Below are positions 49,755 to 60,000 of a stretch of DNA of 64,000 nucleotides, one piece after another; within the stretch, counting starts at the first letter, position 1, and each line of letters starts with the position of its first letter. The translations under genes and the position numbers were made by a program. This stretch comes from Thermoplasmata archaeon (GTDB lineage: Archaea; Thermoplasmatota; Thermoplasmata; RBG-16-68-12; JAFNFQ01): positions 64,001 through 128,000 of the forward strand of contig JBGPQV010000004.1 of assembly GCA_041489255.1 (NCBI GenBank), given 5' to 3'. The notes beneath the pieces are model-generated. The model had not been told where the DNA came from and ran no database searches. It was given only the letters and a program-made list of their open reading frames with translations.

Positions 49755-50321
49755 ATGTCGACAGTTGGAGCGGTCACCGCAACTAAGCAGAGGATGAAGG
49801 TCAAGATCTGTCTGGTCGGAGAGGGGGCGGTGGGCAAGACCTGCCTCATCCGCCGCTTCATTCACGATCAGTTCGACGACAAGTACATCTCGACTTTGGG
49901 GGCGAAGGTCTCCAAGAAGGAGATCAGTATGCCCGACCCCAAGGGCGGGCCAGACCTCGAGATAGACATGACAGTCTGGGACATCATGGGAGAGAAAGGC
50001 TTCCGTGAGCTGCTCAAAGAGGCATATTTCCATGGAGCGCAGGGCATCCTGGCGCTGTGCGATGTCACACGCAAGGATACGCTCCTGGAGCTGCCCGAGT
50101 GGGTCAACGCGGTGAACAAGGTTGCCGGCGCGGTCCCGATGACGCTGCTGGCAAACAAGATCGACCTTGTCAACCAGCGCGTTGTCACCGACGAGGAGAT
50201 CACGAAGGTCGCCGAGAGCTACAAGGCGCCCTGGATGAAAACGAGCGCCAAGACAGGCGAGAACGTCGAGTCCGGGTTCCAGAAGCTCGCGTGGCTCATC
50301 GCGAACAAGACTCTCCAGTGA
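49755..50321 (+). CDS. Rab/Ras-like small GTPase 3
   Basis: GEGAVGKT, YISTLG, WDIMGE, NKID, SAK; TTTATAA at 49725. Confidence 0.93.
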   Translation: MSTVGAVTATKQRMKVKICLVGEGAVGKTCLIRRFIHDQFDDKYISTLGAKVSKKEISMPDPKGGPDLEIDMTVWDIMGEKGFRELLKEAYFHGAQGILALCDVTRKDTLLELPEWVNAVNKVAGAVPMTLLANKIDLVNQRVVTDEEITKVAESYKAPWMKTSAKTGENVESGFQKLAWLIANKTLQ

Positions 50322-50400
50322 GTCTCCGACGCAATCCTGGTGCTGCAAGCTCTGTCAGCCTGAGCGCTGTACGCGATCGCCAGGCAAATCGACGAGATGC

Positions 50401-51726
50401 CTAGGGAATCAGCCTATTCCTGTCCCTTGGGAAAAGCACGGCTTCGCGGATGTTCGGCAGGTCCAGCATCTTCTGCACGAACCTGTCGATGCCGAACCCC
50501 CAACCGCCGTGCGGCGGCATGCCGAACCTGAACGGTTTGAGGTAGAAATCGAAGTTCACAAGGTCCAGTCCGAAAGCCTTCATTCTCTCAACGAGCTTGT
50601 CGTACCTGTGCTCCCTCTGCCCGCCAGAGGCCATCTCCATGCCCTTGTACTCCATGTCGAACGAGTTGCTGTACTCCGGGTCGTCTTCCTTCGGCATGAC
50701 GTAGAACGCCTTGATCGCTGAGGGATAGTCGCGTATGTAGTACAGCTCGTGACCCTTTTCCTGCATCGCTCTCCCGATGATCTTCTCGCCCTCTGTGTCG
50801 ATGTCGTCGCCTTCTTTGACTTTCTTCCCGTACTCTTGCAGGATCCCGATTGCGTCGACATACAGCAGCCGGGGAATCGGGAGGCTCGGGACCTTCGGGT
50901 CAAGCCCGAGGATCTCCAGATGCTCCTTGCCATGCTCCTTCACGTAAGCAATGCTACCGACGACGCACTCCTCGAGCATCTTGAGGAAATCCTCCTGATG
51001 CCTGATGAACGCGACCTCCGCGTCGAAGGAGATGAATTCGGTGATGTGGCGGACGGTGTCGGACGGCTCCGCGCGGAACGCGGGACTTATCTCGAAGACG
51101 CGGTCGAACCCGGTGGCCATGAGCATCTGCTTGTAGAGCTGCGGGCTCTGAGAGAGGAATGCACGCTTCCCGAAATAGTCGGTCTCGAAGAGTGACGCGC
51201 CGCCCTCCGCGCCCGCGCCGGCGAGCTTGGGCGTGTGGACTTCTACGAAACCCTTCGCGTACATGTAGTCCCTGATCGACCTGAGTGCAAGCGAACGGAT
51301 TGCGAACAGCGCTCTGTGCTCGGGCTTCCTCAGATCCATGAACCTGTTGTCAAGACGTGTGTCGAGTTCCGCGCCGACCTTGTCGACGACGCCAAGGGGC
51401 AGTGGCGCCTCCGCGGGACTCAGCACCTCCAGCTTGGCGGGCAGAATCTCGAAGCCATTCCTCGCCTGCTTGTTCGCGACCACCTTTCCAGTTGCGGCGA
51501 TTACCGACTCGCGGTTCACCGCCATGGCCTGTCCAAAGATTGCCGGTTCGTCTTTCTTCTTGAATGTGAGCTGGAGAGTCCCCTCTCTCTGCCTTAAAAT
51601 GATGAACGCGACCCCGCCAAGATTGCGGATGTCTTCCACCCAGCCCGCCACGCTGACGATTCTTCCATCATCCGAGGGGCTGATGTCCTTGAGTCTCGCG
51701 TATGGAGGCTGCTGTGCGCCTGACAT
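50401..51726 (-). CDS. aspS: Aspartate-tRNA ligase (archaeal type)
   Basis: RLDNR..DLR, EGG, SQSPQLYKQ, FRAE, GMPPHGG.G.G.DR, FPRD. Confidence 0.96.
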   Translation of the reverse strand: MSGAQQPPYARLKDISPSDDGRIVSVAGWVEDIRNLGGVAFIILRQREGTLQLTFKKKDEPAIFGQAMAVNRESVIAATGKVVANKQARNGFEILPAKLEVLSPAEAPLPLGVVDKVGAELDTRLDNRFMDLRKPEHRALFAIRSLALRSIRDYMYAKGFVEVHTPKLAGAGAEGGASLFETDYFGKRAFLSQSPQLYKQMLMATGFDRVFEISPAFRAEPSDTVRHITEFISFDAEVAFIRHQEDFLKMLEECVVGSIAYVKEHGKEHLEILGLDPKVPSLPIPRLLYVDAIGILQEYGKKVKEGDDIDTEGEKIIGRAMQEKGHELYYIRDYPSAIKAFYVMPKEDDPEYSNSFDMEYKGMEMASGGQREHRYDKLVERMKAFGLDLVNFDFYLKPFRFGMPPHGGWGFGIDRFVQKMLDLPNIREAVLFPRDRNRLIP

Positions 51727-51830
51727 TGGATCACGCTGAAAGAATGCCACGCTATAAAGGTGTTTGCGAGGGCCGTGACTTGCGATTCACTCAGCGGAGT
51801 CGGTCGCCTCCCGCCAATGAGTGCGCATTC

Positions 51831-53021
51831 TCAGATGAGGTCCAGGAACTTCTCGACGAGTTGCGGGTGTCTCTCCTTGATCACTTTCAGGATGCGATGT
51901 ATCGACAGCTTCTCGACCCCGACCTCGGCGAGAGTCCCTATGATCAGGTCGAACTCCTCGTCGGTGAGCGTGACCAGCTTGTTCTTCGCCATCCAGTTGC
52001 GGTAGAGGCCCTCTTCCAGGATCGCCCGCCATCCTTTCTCGTATTTCATGAGCTGGTTCAGCGACCAATCGCCCGTCTTCGCTGCTTCGCCGAGCACTTC
52101 CCCGAGGATCATCCCCGCCCTACAGCCATTCCCGATTCCACCGCCAGTGATCGGATCGACCATCCTCGCCGCGTCCCCGACGAGGGCGACACCGTCCCTC
52201 ACAGTCTCGTCTATCGGCGCGCATGTTGAGACCGCGCCAGTGACCATGTCGAGCATCTGCGCCTTCTTCATTCGCGGTTCCTTGGCTATCCATCTATCCA
52301 GGTAGCCTTTGATCTCGTTGGGGGCGTTCAACCTATCGAGCGAGAGCCCGATGCCGACGTTGGCGGTGCACTCGTCCTTGGGGAAGACCCAGATGTACCC
52401 GCCAGGCGCGATGCTCCCGAGGAGGAACTCGCAGTAGTTCGGGAAGTCTTCGTCTGGCTGGATGTTCGTCAGCCTGTATTGCAGTGCACCGGTGATGTCT
52501 TCCGCCTTTAGGATCGTCTTGATCCCCGCCCACCGCCCCACCTGCGACTCGTAGCCGTCCGCGCCGACGACGACCTTCGCCTTGATGTCCATGTTCTCGC
52601 TGAGGCGCCCGACCCGCACGCCAGTCACCTTGCCATTCTCCTTCAGCAGCCCGAAGGCGGTCGTCTTGACCCATATCTCCGCACCTGCCTTGGCAGCATG
52701 CTTGGCGAGCGTTTTGTCGAACATGTCCCTTTCGACAACTATCCCCACCTCATTCCCTGCGTGCCTCTCGTCTATCTTGAAGACCTTGCCGCCAGGGGAG
52801 ATGACCTTGGCGCCCTTCACCTCGATGGCCACCCACCTCCTGTCATATGGGATGTTGCATTCTTCCAGGAAATGTCTCGCGATGCCCTCGCCACACCTGA
52901 CAGGCGAGCCTATCTCCTGGCGCTTCTCGATCATCAGGACCTTCGCACCGCCTTCTGCGGCATACCTGGCGGTCAAGCTCCCGGCAGGTCCAGCGCCGAC
53001 AACAACGACATCGTATTCCAT
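51831..53021 (-). CDS. Digeranylgeranylglycerophospholipid reductase (GGR)
   Basis: GAGPAGS, EIGSPVRCGEG, PGGYIWVFPK, GDAA..P.TGGGI; GGAGGTGA RBS. Confidence 0.94.
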   Translation of the reverse strand: MEYDVVVVGAGPAGSLTARYAAEGGAKVLMIEKRQEIGSPVRCGEGIARHFLEECNIPYDRRWVAIEVKGAKVISPGGKVFKIDERHAGNEVGIVVERDMFDKTLAKHAAKAGAEIWVKTTAFGLLKENGKVTGVRVGRLSENMDIKAKVVVGADGYESQVGRWAGIKTILKAEDITGALQYRLTNIQPDEDFPNYCEFLLGSIAPGGYIWVFPKDECTANVGIGLSLDRLNAPNEIKGYLDRWIAKEPRMKKAQMLDMVTGAVSTCAPIDETVRDGVALVGDAARMVDPITGGGIGNGCRAGMILGEVLGEAAKTGDWSLNQLMKYEKGWRAILEEGLYRNWMAKNKLVTLTDEEFDLIIGTLAEVGVEKLSIHRILKVIKERHPQLVEKFLDLI

Positions 53022-53025
53022 GTCC

Positions 53026-53259
53026 TCACCTCCGCCTGGACTGCTTGTGCCCCTGCGGGTAGTCGATCGCGCCGACCGCGCAGACACGCACGCACATGCC
53101 GCACTGCGAGCACTTCTCGTCGAAGGAGAGAAAAGTCTCGTAGAGGAAGATCGAGTTCATCGGACACGTGCCGACGCACGCTCCGCAGTGCATGCAGAGA
53201 GTGCCGTCAACGTTCATCCGGCCGCTGTCGTCGCCACTCGTGTAGCCCCTAGGCTTCAT
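53026..53259 (-). CDS. 2[4Fe-4S] ferredoxin
   Basis: CMHCGACVGTCP and CSQCGMCVRVCA. Confidence 0.9.
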   Translation of the reverse strand: MKPRGYTSGDDSGRMNVDGTLCMHCGACVGTCPMNSIFLYETFLSFDEKCSQCGMCVRVCAVGAIDYPQGHKQSRRR

Positions 53260-54862
53260 GCTTCTTCCTCCATTCCTCGAGGGGAACCGAGAACTTCTTC
53301 TCGGTCTGCTCACGGAAGACAGGCCCTGTGTTGTAGGCGCAGAACGGGATTATCCTGCCGTCAGGCGTGGCGTAGTGCACGCCGCACCTCTTCACCCGCT
53401 CTATGTCGTAGTTGTAGAGGTCCATGAAGTGCATCGCGCCGACGTACATCGTCGCCCAGGAGAACTCCGATATCCCCTGCTTGTCTCCCCTGGTGAGCAT
53501 CGAGCCGAGTATCTTCCTCATCTTGACGAGGCTCATCTGGTCGGGCGACTTCGTCTGGTCGAAGTGCCTGCTCAGGATCCTGAAGGCCTTGACCTTCGTG
53601 AGGAGCAGCATCCTCTTGCCCCTCGCCTCCTGCGTCAGGGCCCACAGCGCCTCCATCAGTCCCTCGACGTCGACGAACCTGGTGATCGGCAGGGGGGGCT
53701 TCCCCTTCTGGAGGAAGAAGTACGAAGCGAGGCCGCATCCCGGGTGAGTCGTGAAGGAGGTCTTCGGGGTGCCCGCGAAGATCGATAACAGCTCGGACAG
53801 CGGGGACACGAACGGCGGCGGATACCAGTCGTCCTTCGTCAGGTATCCCGTCTGCTTCTCGACGTCGTGAACGAGGTCGCTCAGGGTGTATCTGAGCTTC
53901 CTCCTGTCCTCGTCGGGGATCCTGCCCGAGAGGCTCACCGGCTGGAAGTTGATTCCCTTGATCACGTCTCCGTTCTCGATGGCGTACTTGATGATCTCGC
54001 CGACCTGGTCGTCGTTGAACGTCTTGACTATCGTCGGCACGAGGACAACGGAGGGGCGCTTCTCCCTGGGCAGCGCCCGCACGTTTGCGATGACCTTCTT
54101 CTTGGTCTCGAGCAAGGCGACACCGCGAGTCTTCTTGTAGTTCTCGTCGCGGAGGCCGTCGAACTGCAGGTATATCGTGTGCAGGCCTGCCTTGGCGGCA
54201 TCATCCAAGAACTTCGGTTCGTTCGCCATCCTGATCCCGTTCGTGGCTACCTGGATCTGCGTGAAGCCGAGCCTGTTCGCTTCTCTGAGCACTTCGTGGA
54301 ACTTCGGATAGATCGTCGGCTCGCCGCCTGACAACTGAATCGCGTTGACTGGAATCGGCCTCTGCTCCCTCAGCATCTTCAGCTCCCCCGCAATCTGTTC
54401 GTAGCTCGGTTCGAACACGTACCCCGCCGCGTTCGCGTTCGCGAAGCACACGGGGCACTTGAGGTTGCAACGGTTCGTCAGGTCGATGTTGGCGAGACAG
54501 GTGTTGGTGTAATGGAGGTTGCACAGGCCGCAGTCTGTCGGGCAGGTCGTCGCATTGCTGACTTGCGGGTTCTCGATGCCGACGCCGTCGAACGCCCACC
54601 TTTCCGCCTTCAGGTAGAGCTCGACGTCGGACCACAGGACATCCTCGAAGTGGCCGTGCTCGTCGCAGTCCTTCTTCATCATCAGGGCGCCCTTGTCCGC
54701 GTAGATCGTGGCGGGAATGATCTTGACGCACTCGGGGCAGAGTGACTCTGTCTGCCGCGGCAGGCCTCTCTCGAGCTTCGAGGGCGTGGTCACCATCCCC
54801 TCGTCCCGCGACTCCTCGTAGACCTTCTTCAGCACAGTCCCGTTGGCACCGCACAGAGCCAT
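53249..54862 (-). CDS. tes: Tetraether lipid synthase (radical SAM)
   Basis: TESLCPEC..C.EHG, CP.DCGLC.LH, CNLKCPVC, HPGCG, RVKRC.VHY..PDGRIIPFCAYN; clustered with GGR. Confidence 0.9.
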   Translation of the reverse strand: MALCGANGTVLKKVYEESRDEGMVTTPSKLERGLPRQTESLCPECVKIIPATIYADKGALMMKKDCDEHGHFEDVLWSDVELYLKAERWAFDGVGIENPQVSNATTCPTDCGLCNLHYTNTCLANIDLTNRCNLKCPVCFANANAAGYVFEPSYEQIAGELKMLREQRPIPVNAIQLSGGEPTIYPKFHEVLREANRLGFTQIQVATNGIRMANEPKFLDDAAKAGLHTIYLQFDGLRDENYKKTRGVALLETKKKVIANVRALPREKRPSVVLVPTIVKTFNDDQVGEIIKYAIENGDVIKGINFQPVSLSGRIPDEDRRKLRYTLSDLVHDVEKQTGYLTKDDWYPPPFVSPLSELLSIFAGTPKTSFTTHPGCGLASYFFLQKGKPPLPITRFVDVEGLMEALWALTQEARGKRMLLLTKVKAFRILSRHFDQTKSPDQMSLVKMRKILGSMLTRGDKQGISEFSWATMYVGAMHFMDLYNYDIERVKRCGVHYATPDGRIIPFCAYNTGPVFREQTEKKFSVPLEEWRKKHEA

Positions 54863-55045
54863 CTTGGATCACTTGACCGGAATGAAGAAACGGCCTGCAA
54901 ATAAACATTTTGTAGCGATGCCTACTACGAGACGGGGAAAGGGGCGAGATTGGCTATGTCTTTCGTGGCGGGGGTGTTGCCTGAGCGCGGTGTTTCTCTC
55001 CTGAACTCTTTATCATTGCTTCCGGATTCCTTGGAGAATGTGGAA

Positions 55046-55111
55046 TATCATCTACGTATCATCTACGTATCAACTACGGACCAACTACGCTTCAACTACG
55101 GTCTAAAAACG
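55046..55111 (+). repeat. Tandem 11-bp repeat array (5 units plus 1 degenerate)
   Basis: TATCATCTACG TATCATCTACG TATCAACTACG GACCAACTACG CTTCAACTACG GTCTAAAAACG. Confidence 0.9.
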
Positions 55112-55215
55112 CCCCAAAGACATTTGATGCCCGAAATATTCTTATCTTCAGGTGGGCTTCACGCTCAGGTCAGACTGGGGCGACGCATTCAGTCGCCCTG
55201 ACGCGAGGTGCTGAC

Positions 55216-55782
55216 ATGGCAAAGATCTCCAACGTCTTCGGCACGACTTTCAGCGGCAGGATAGGGAAGAAGATGATCGCCTCATCGTGGAAGGGGCACG
55301 AGTACATCCGCACTTACGTGAAGCCGCACAACCCGAACACCAGGAACCAGCAGAGGGCGAGGGGGCGGTTCGCCGCGGCCGTCGATGCGTGGCAGGGGTT
55401 CTCCGGCGTGCAGCAGGAGTTCTACGACAGGATCGCCGAAAGGATGAGCGGGTTCAACCTGTTCATCAGCAGGTACGTGAAGGCGGTGCGGGATGGAGAG
55501 GAGCCGGAGACGCCGGTGGAGATGAGGTGGAAGACCGCTGGCGGGGAGCTCATCGAGGACGGCGACCTGATAGTCATGGCGGGGAAGCGCGAGGTGTTCA
55601 GGGTCGGCCTGGGTGAGGGCAGGGCGGAGGTCGCGCTCACACAGTCGGACTCGCCCTACTTCTTCATCCTCAAGAATGATGCGGCGAGGGAGGAGGTCCT
55701 GGAGATCAGGGATTTGGTCAAGGCTGGGGTCCCGAGGGTGCTTGAAAGCAGGAAGCTGGGCATAAGGCTGGTGGCGTTCTAG
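55216..55782 (+). CDS. Hypothetical protein with basic, DUF6266-like N-terminus
   Basis: FSGRIG..SSWKG..YIR...P.NPNT..QQ..R.RF; GAGGTG RBS; family assignment is from pattern recall only. Confidence 0.7.
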   Translation: MAKISNVFGTTFSGRIGKKMIASSWKGHEYIRTYVKPHNPNTRNQQRARGRFAAAVDAWQGFSGVQQEFYDRIAERMSGFNLFISRYVKAVRDGEEPETPVEMRWKTAGGELIEDGDLIVMAGKREVFRVGLGEGRAEVALTQSDSPYFFILKNDAAREEVLEIRDLVKAGVPRVLESRKLGIRLVAF

Positions 55783-55791
55783 CTGAGGTCA

Positions 55792-56082
55792 ATTGCACTG
55801 CGCGCGTTCGCTCTCATCCTGCTCGTGGCGGGAGTCTGGTCTTCGAAGAGTAGACCGTGGAAGGGCGGGAAGGACAGGACGGCGGTGGTGAAGGCTTTTG
55901 CGTTTACCTCTTTGCCATTTGTCATCGCGGAGGCGGGAACCGGAGTCATTTCGTTCGCGACAGGAATGCTGATGATACCGCCATTGGTTGGGATTGGCAC
56001 GGGCATCGACCTGGTCATCCTTCTGGCGGGAGTGGTAGTCGCCGTGCTGAGACTGCGCGGAAAGAACTTGACGCCGGTGTGA
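55792..56082 (+). pseudogene. Orphan C-terminal 3-TM anchor fragment, paralogous to the end of 57017..61381
   Basis: FALILLVAGVWSSKSRPWKGGK..PFVIAEAGTG..IPP aligns with FAIILLVTGVWSSKRRPWKGGK..PFVLAEAATG..IPP at DNA and protein level. Confidence 0.8.
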
Positions 56083-56088
56083 GTCCCT

Positions 56089-56265
56089 TCAGCACTCAGA
56101 GTACCCGCACGTGTGGCACTTGACGCAGCCCTCCTCGTACACGAGGGCGTTGCCGCACTCCGGGCACTCCAGGTTGAGGCCCTTCCTGACTATGACCTCG
56201 TAGTCCTCGCGGTGCTCCTTGTCCATCTCGTCGTCCGCGTGGATCGAGCCGTGCTCCTCGATTGT
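56089..56265 (-). pseudogene. 3' remnant of a class II ribonucleotide reductase (NrdJ-type C-terminal Zn ribbon)
   Basis: Manual translation ..EHREDYEVIVRKGLNLECPECGNALVYEEGCVKCHTCGYSEC*; in-frame stop upstream near 56355. Confidence 0.72.
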
Positions 56266-56453
56266 GCCAAATCCGATGAATGGACTGTTCCTGGATCTTG
56301 ATGAAGCTTCTCTCCGACGGTATTTGTCATGGGGGGGCCGTATGAAGCGTAATTAGGATGGTTTCATAGGCTTGGATGCTATCAATATTGATAGCCAGAA
56401 GCGCAAAAGCCGGAGGATGCATGAGGGCCCTTGCGTCTGGAGGTGAGAAGACG

Positions 56454-56870
56454 ATGAAAGTGGGATTTGGGAACATGAGTGGAATAAGGAAGGTTGGAAT
56501 GGGAATTGGAACCATGCTGATCTCCCTGCTTTTCATGACAGGGATAGTGAGCGCAGGTAGCTATAACTGGGTCTACGTTGATGGCAATAGCATTCCTAAC
56601 GGGGGCAAATGCAGCACCCTCAGCAGCGGATCGGGCGTATTCGGGTCATATAGCCCTACTGCGCCTTGGCAAGCCACTCTCGATTGGCGGCTCGACAGTG
56701 TGGGCACATGGCATGCAATCACGACATTTAACGGAGCGAACGGCGCATTGGGATTCAGATTCACAGTGACTGATACGCCCTCAGGCAGCGACACTTTGAG
56801 AATTCGGGCATATGATACGGACATCAGCCCGCCCTCGGGTCCATACTATTGGACCTGCACCCAGCAATAG
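56454..56870 (+). CDS. Small secreted beta-rich protein
   Basis: GGAGGTGA RBS, signal-peptide-like N-terminus, Ser/Thr/Gly/aromatic-rich body. Confidence 0.7.
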   Translation: MKVGFGNMSGIRKVGMGIGTMLISLLFMTGIVSAGSYNWVYVDGNSIPNGGKCSTLSSGSGVFGSYSPTAPWQATLDWRLDSVGTWHAITTFNGANGALGFRFTVTDTPSGSDTLRIRAYDTDISPPSGPYYWTCTQQ

Positions 56871-57016
56871 CCGCGGCAGTGCAACCTAATGCCTAGGGCG
56901 TCGTACCGTTTATGGATTCACAACGGGGACCGCGATTCCATCCCTTGTCTCCCTCTGTCCACGAAGACTAGAAATACTTTGGAGTCATAAAAGATACTCG
57001 CATACGAGGGGTTCGA

Positions 57017-60000
57017 ATGTCACGGTTTCGAAAATGCTTGCTTATTTCAGCAATCTTGCAACTCTCGCTCCTAGCTGTCATGCCCTCCGTGCCGTTACCA
57101 TCGCCCATCGAACACGAAAGAGATCCGGGCGTCCCCACAGAACGTCAGGACGGTCACGATGTTTCAGACGCGCTTCAGTCCCTCGGCGGTTACTTCATAG
57201 AGAACCGGGGGCAGGTCTTGGATGGAATACGTTATTATTCGACGGGTAATCCTTCTGTAGCTTTCGGGGACGACGCCGTCATATTCGTGGTCAGGGCGGT
57301 GGACAGCGGAGATCATAGGGATATATTGCCTGAGCAAATCGACCGTTCTTCTGGAACCTATAAGACCACCACGGTAGAGACGGTGGCTTACATGCTCCGC
57401 TTTGAAGGGGCCAACAAAGTCATGCCAATCGGCATCGACCGCCTCCCATTCAGCAGTAACTTCTTCATCGGGAACAATCCACACAAGTGGAAGACCATTG
57501 TGCCAAACTACGGAGAAGTGGTCTACCGCAACCTATACAACGGCATCGATTTGGTTTACCGTCAAAATGCGAAGGGAATCAAGTATGAGTTCATAGTTGG
57601 TCCGGGAGCGAATCTGAGGGCCATGAGAATGAACTACGAAGGAATCGATTCGTTGCGGCTTGAAGACGGAGAGATGGTTATCCAATCGGCCGCAGGGGAT
57701 GTCCGGGATATTCTTCCTTACGCCTTTGAAGGAAAGGGGGAGAGAATCGAATGCAGATTTATCCTCTATGGTCCTGTTTCATATGGATTTGACTGCGACG
57801 GGCGGGACGTGTCGAAGCAACTGGTGATAGATCCTCTGGTCTACTCGACCTTTCTTGGTGGAGGTGGTGAAGATAGAGGATGGTCAATCGCCGTTGATTC
57901 CTCTGGCAATGCGTATGCGACTGGATTGACCTTATCTGTCGATTTTCCTGCCAAGCCCGGCTCTTTCGACACCTCATACAATGGCAGCGGGAGAGACGCA
58001 TTCGTGGCCAAATTAGATCCTGCCGGGAGCAATCTCATGTATTGCACTTATTTGGGAGGGAGTCTTGACGAAGACTTTTCCGCCATAGCGATTGATTCAC
58101 TCGGGAGCGCCTATCTGACAGGTTCGACCCAATCATCCGACTTTCCTACAACGGCGGGCGCTTTCGACACCGTTTTCAATGGAGGTTACGATTCCTACGT
58201 CACTAAGCTAAACGGTACTGGTAGCGGACTCGTCTACTCGACCTTCTTGGGCGGCCGCGACTTCGACGCCGGACGGGCTATTGCACTGGACTCCGCCGGC
58301 AATGCGTACGTGGCTGGCGACACCAATTCGACTGATTTCCCGGTCACCGCTGGTGCATTCAGCCCTACCCTCAGAGGTAGCGACAATGCTTTCATCACGG
58401 AACTGGATTCCCTTGGGAGAACACTCGTCTACTCAACCTATCTTGGCAGCACGTCCAGAGATTATGCACTTTCGATCGCCTTGGACTCAGGAGGCGATGC
58501 ATATGTGGTGGGCCAAACAGATTCGCCTGATTTCCCGACGACATCTGCTGCATTCGACACATCATACAATGGCGGGCCACCCGCCAGCCCGTATGACGTA
58601 TTCGTGACAAAACTGAATGCCACAGGAACAGGTCTCGTATATTCCACTTTCCTTGGGGGTGACGGTACGGACTTCGGATATTCTGTCAAAGTAGACTCTA
58701 TGGGAAACGCCTATGTCACCGGTGGGACCAGCTCAATCAATTTCCCCATCACTTCGGGATCATATAGTACCAGTCTGAGCGGGACTCGTGATGCATTCGT
58801 ATCGGAATTAAATGCCGCGGGAAGTAGCCTTGTCTATTCGACATATCTAGGTGGTGGCGGGTATGATCTGGCAACATCTTTGGCTCTTAATTCGGTGAAC
58901 GAAGCCTATGTGACTGGGGTGACATTCTCGGCCAACTTTCCAGTCACGCCAGACGCCGCGGACGGTTTCTACAATGGATTTGAAGATGTGTTCGTGGCAG
59001 GGTTGAACTTCACTGGAAGTAAACTTGTGTACTCCACTTTCCTCGGCGGTCTCGACAACGAAAATACCGGCTCCATCGCTATGGACACAGCCGACTGCGC
59101 CTACATTATGGGAGAGACATACTCAGTCGACTTCCCGACGACCCCCGGAGCTCTTAGCACGACCTACCGAGGCAACGGAGATACCTTCGTCACCAAGATA
59201 CGAACTCCCACTCTAGTTGACCTACCGGACCTGACAATCTCTCCGTCTGACATCTCATTTGCCCCGCCTGGACCTGCGGTCGTCGGATCTTCTGTGTTGA
59301 TCGACGTGACAGTCCACAACATTGGGAGTGCAAATGCCTCCCAGGTCGCGGCCAGATTCTATGACGGCACTCCCCCGAGCTCCCCAATAATAGGTACAGA
59401 TCAGACTATACCTTTTCTCCAGCGTCTTGGAGGCGCGGGCACTGCCTCGGTCACTTGGCTGGCCGGAAACCTGGGCGTCCACGAGATATGCATCGTCGCC
59501 GACCCCGAAAGCAGCATAGCTGAGCTCGACGAGAGCAACAATCAGGCATGCGCGCCAATCGAAGTAGTCGCACCTCCGATGCCAGACCTCACCCTCGCGT
59601 CATCTGACATTCTGCTCTCGCCTTCCCCGCCATACGCCGAAAGCGTCCTGGTGAAGGTGAACGCCACTGTCCACAACATTGGCACAAACGTCTCGTCAAC
59701 GACAGTAGCAAGATTCTACGATGGCATGCCCCCGTCTCTGCAAATAGGCACGGACCAGCCGCTCCCGCCAATCCCCGTGAGCGGCTCCGCGAACGTTTCG
59801 GTCACGTGGACCGCTTCCCCTCTTGGGAGTCACGACATCTGCGTCTTCGCGGATCCCGACAACCTCGTGACGGAGATAGACGAGACCAACAACGTGGCGT
59901 GCATCGATGTACTCGTCCAACCAGGTCCGATCTTGAGGCCCGATTATGTTCCCATCTCTCCCCTCCCGCTCCCGCCAATCAGGGTCGGGATGTCATCACA

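Noticed and set aside
55046-55111. CRISPR array
   Set aside because: Units are 11 bp and contiguous, with no spacers and no cas genes.
57830-59200. DNA repeats as a diversity-generating retroelement template/variable pair
   Set aside because: They are diverged protein-level SBBP repeats; no reverse transcriptase is present and no adenine-specific mismatch pattern was seen.
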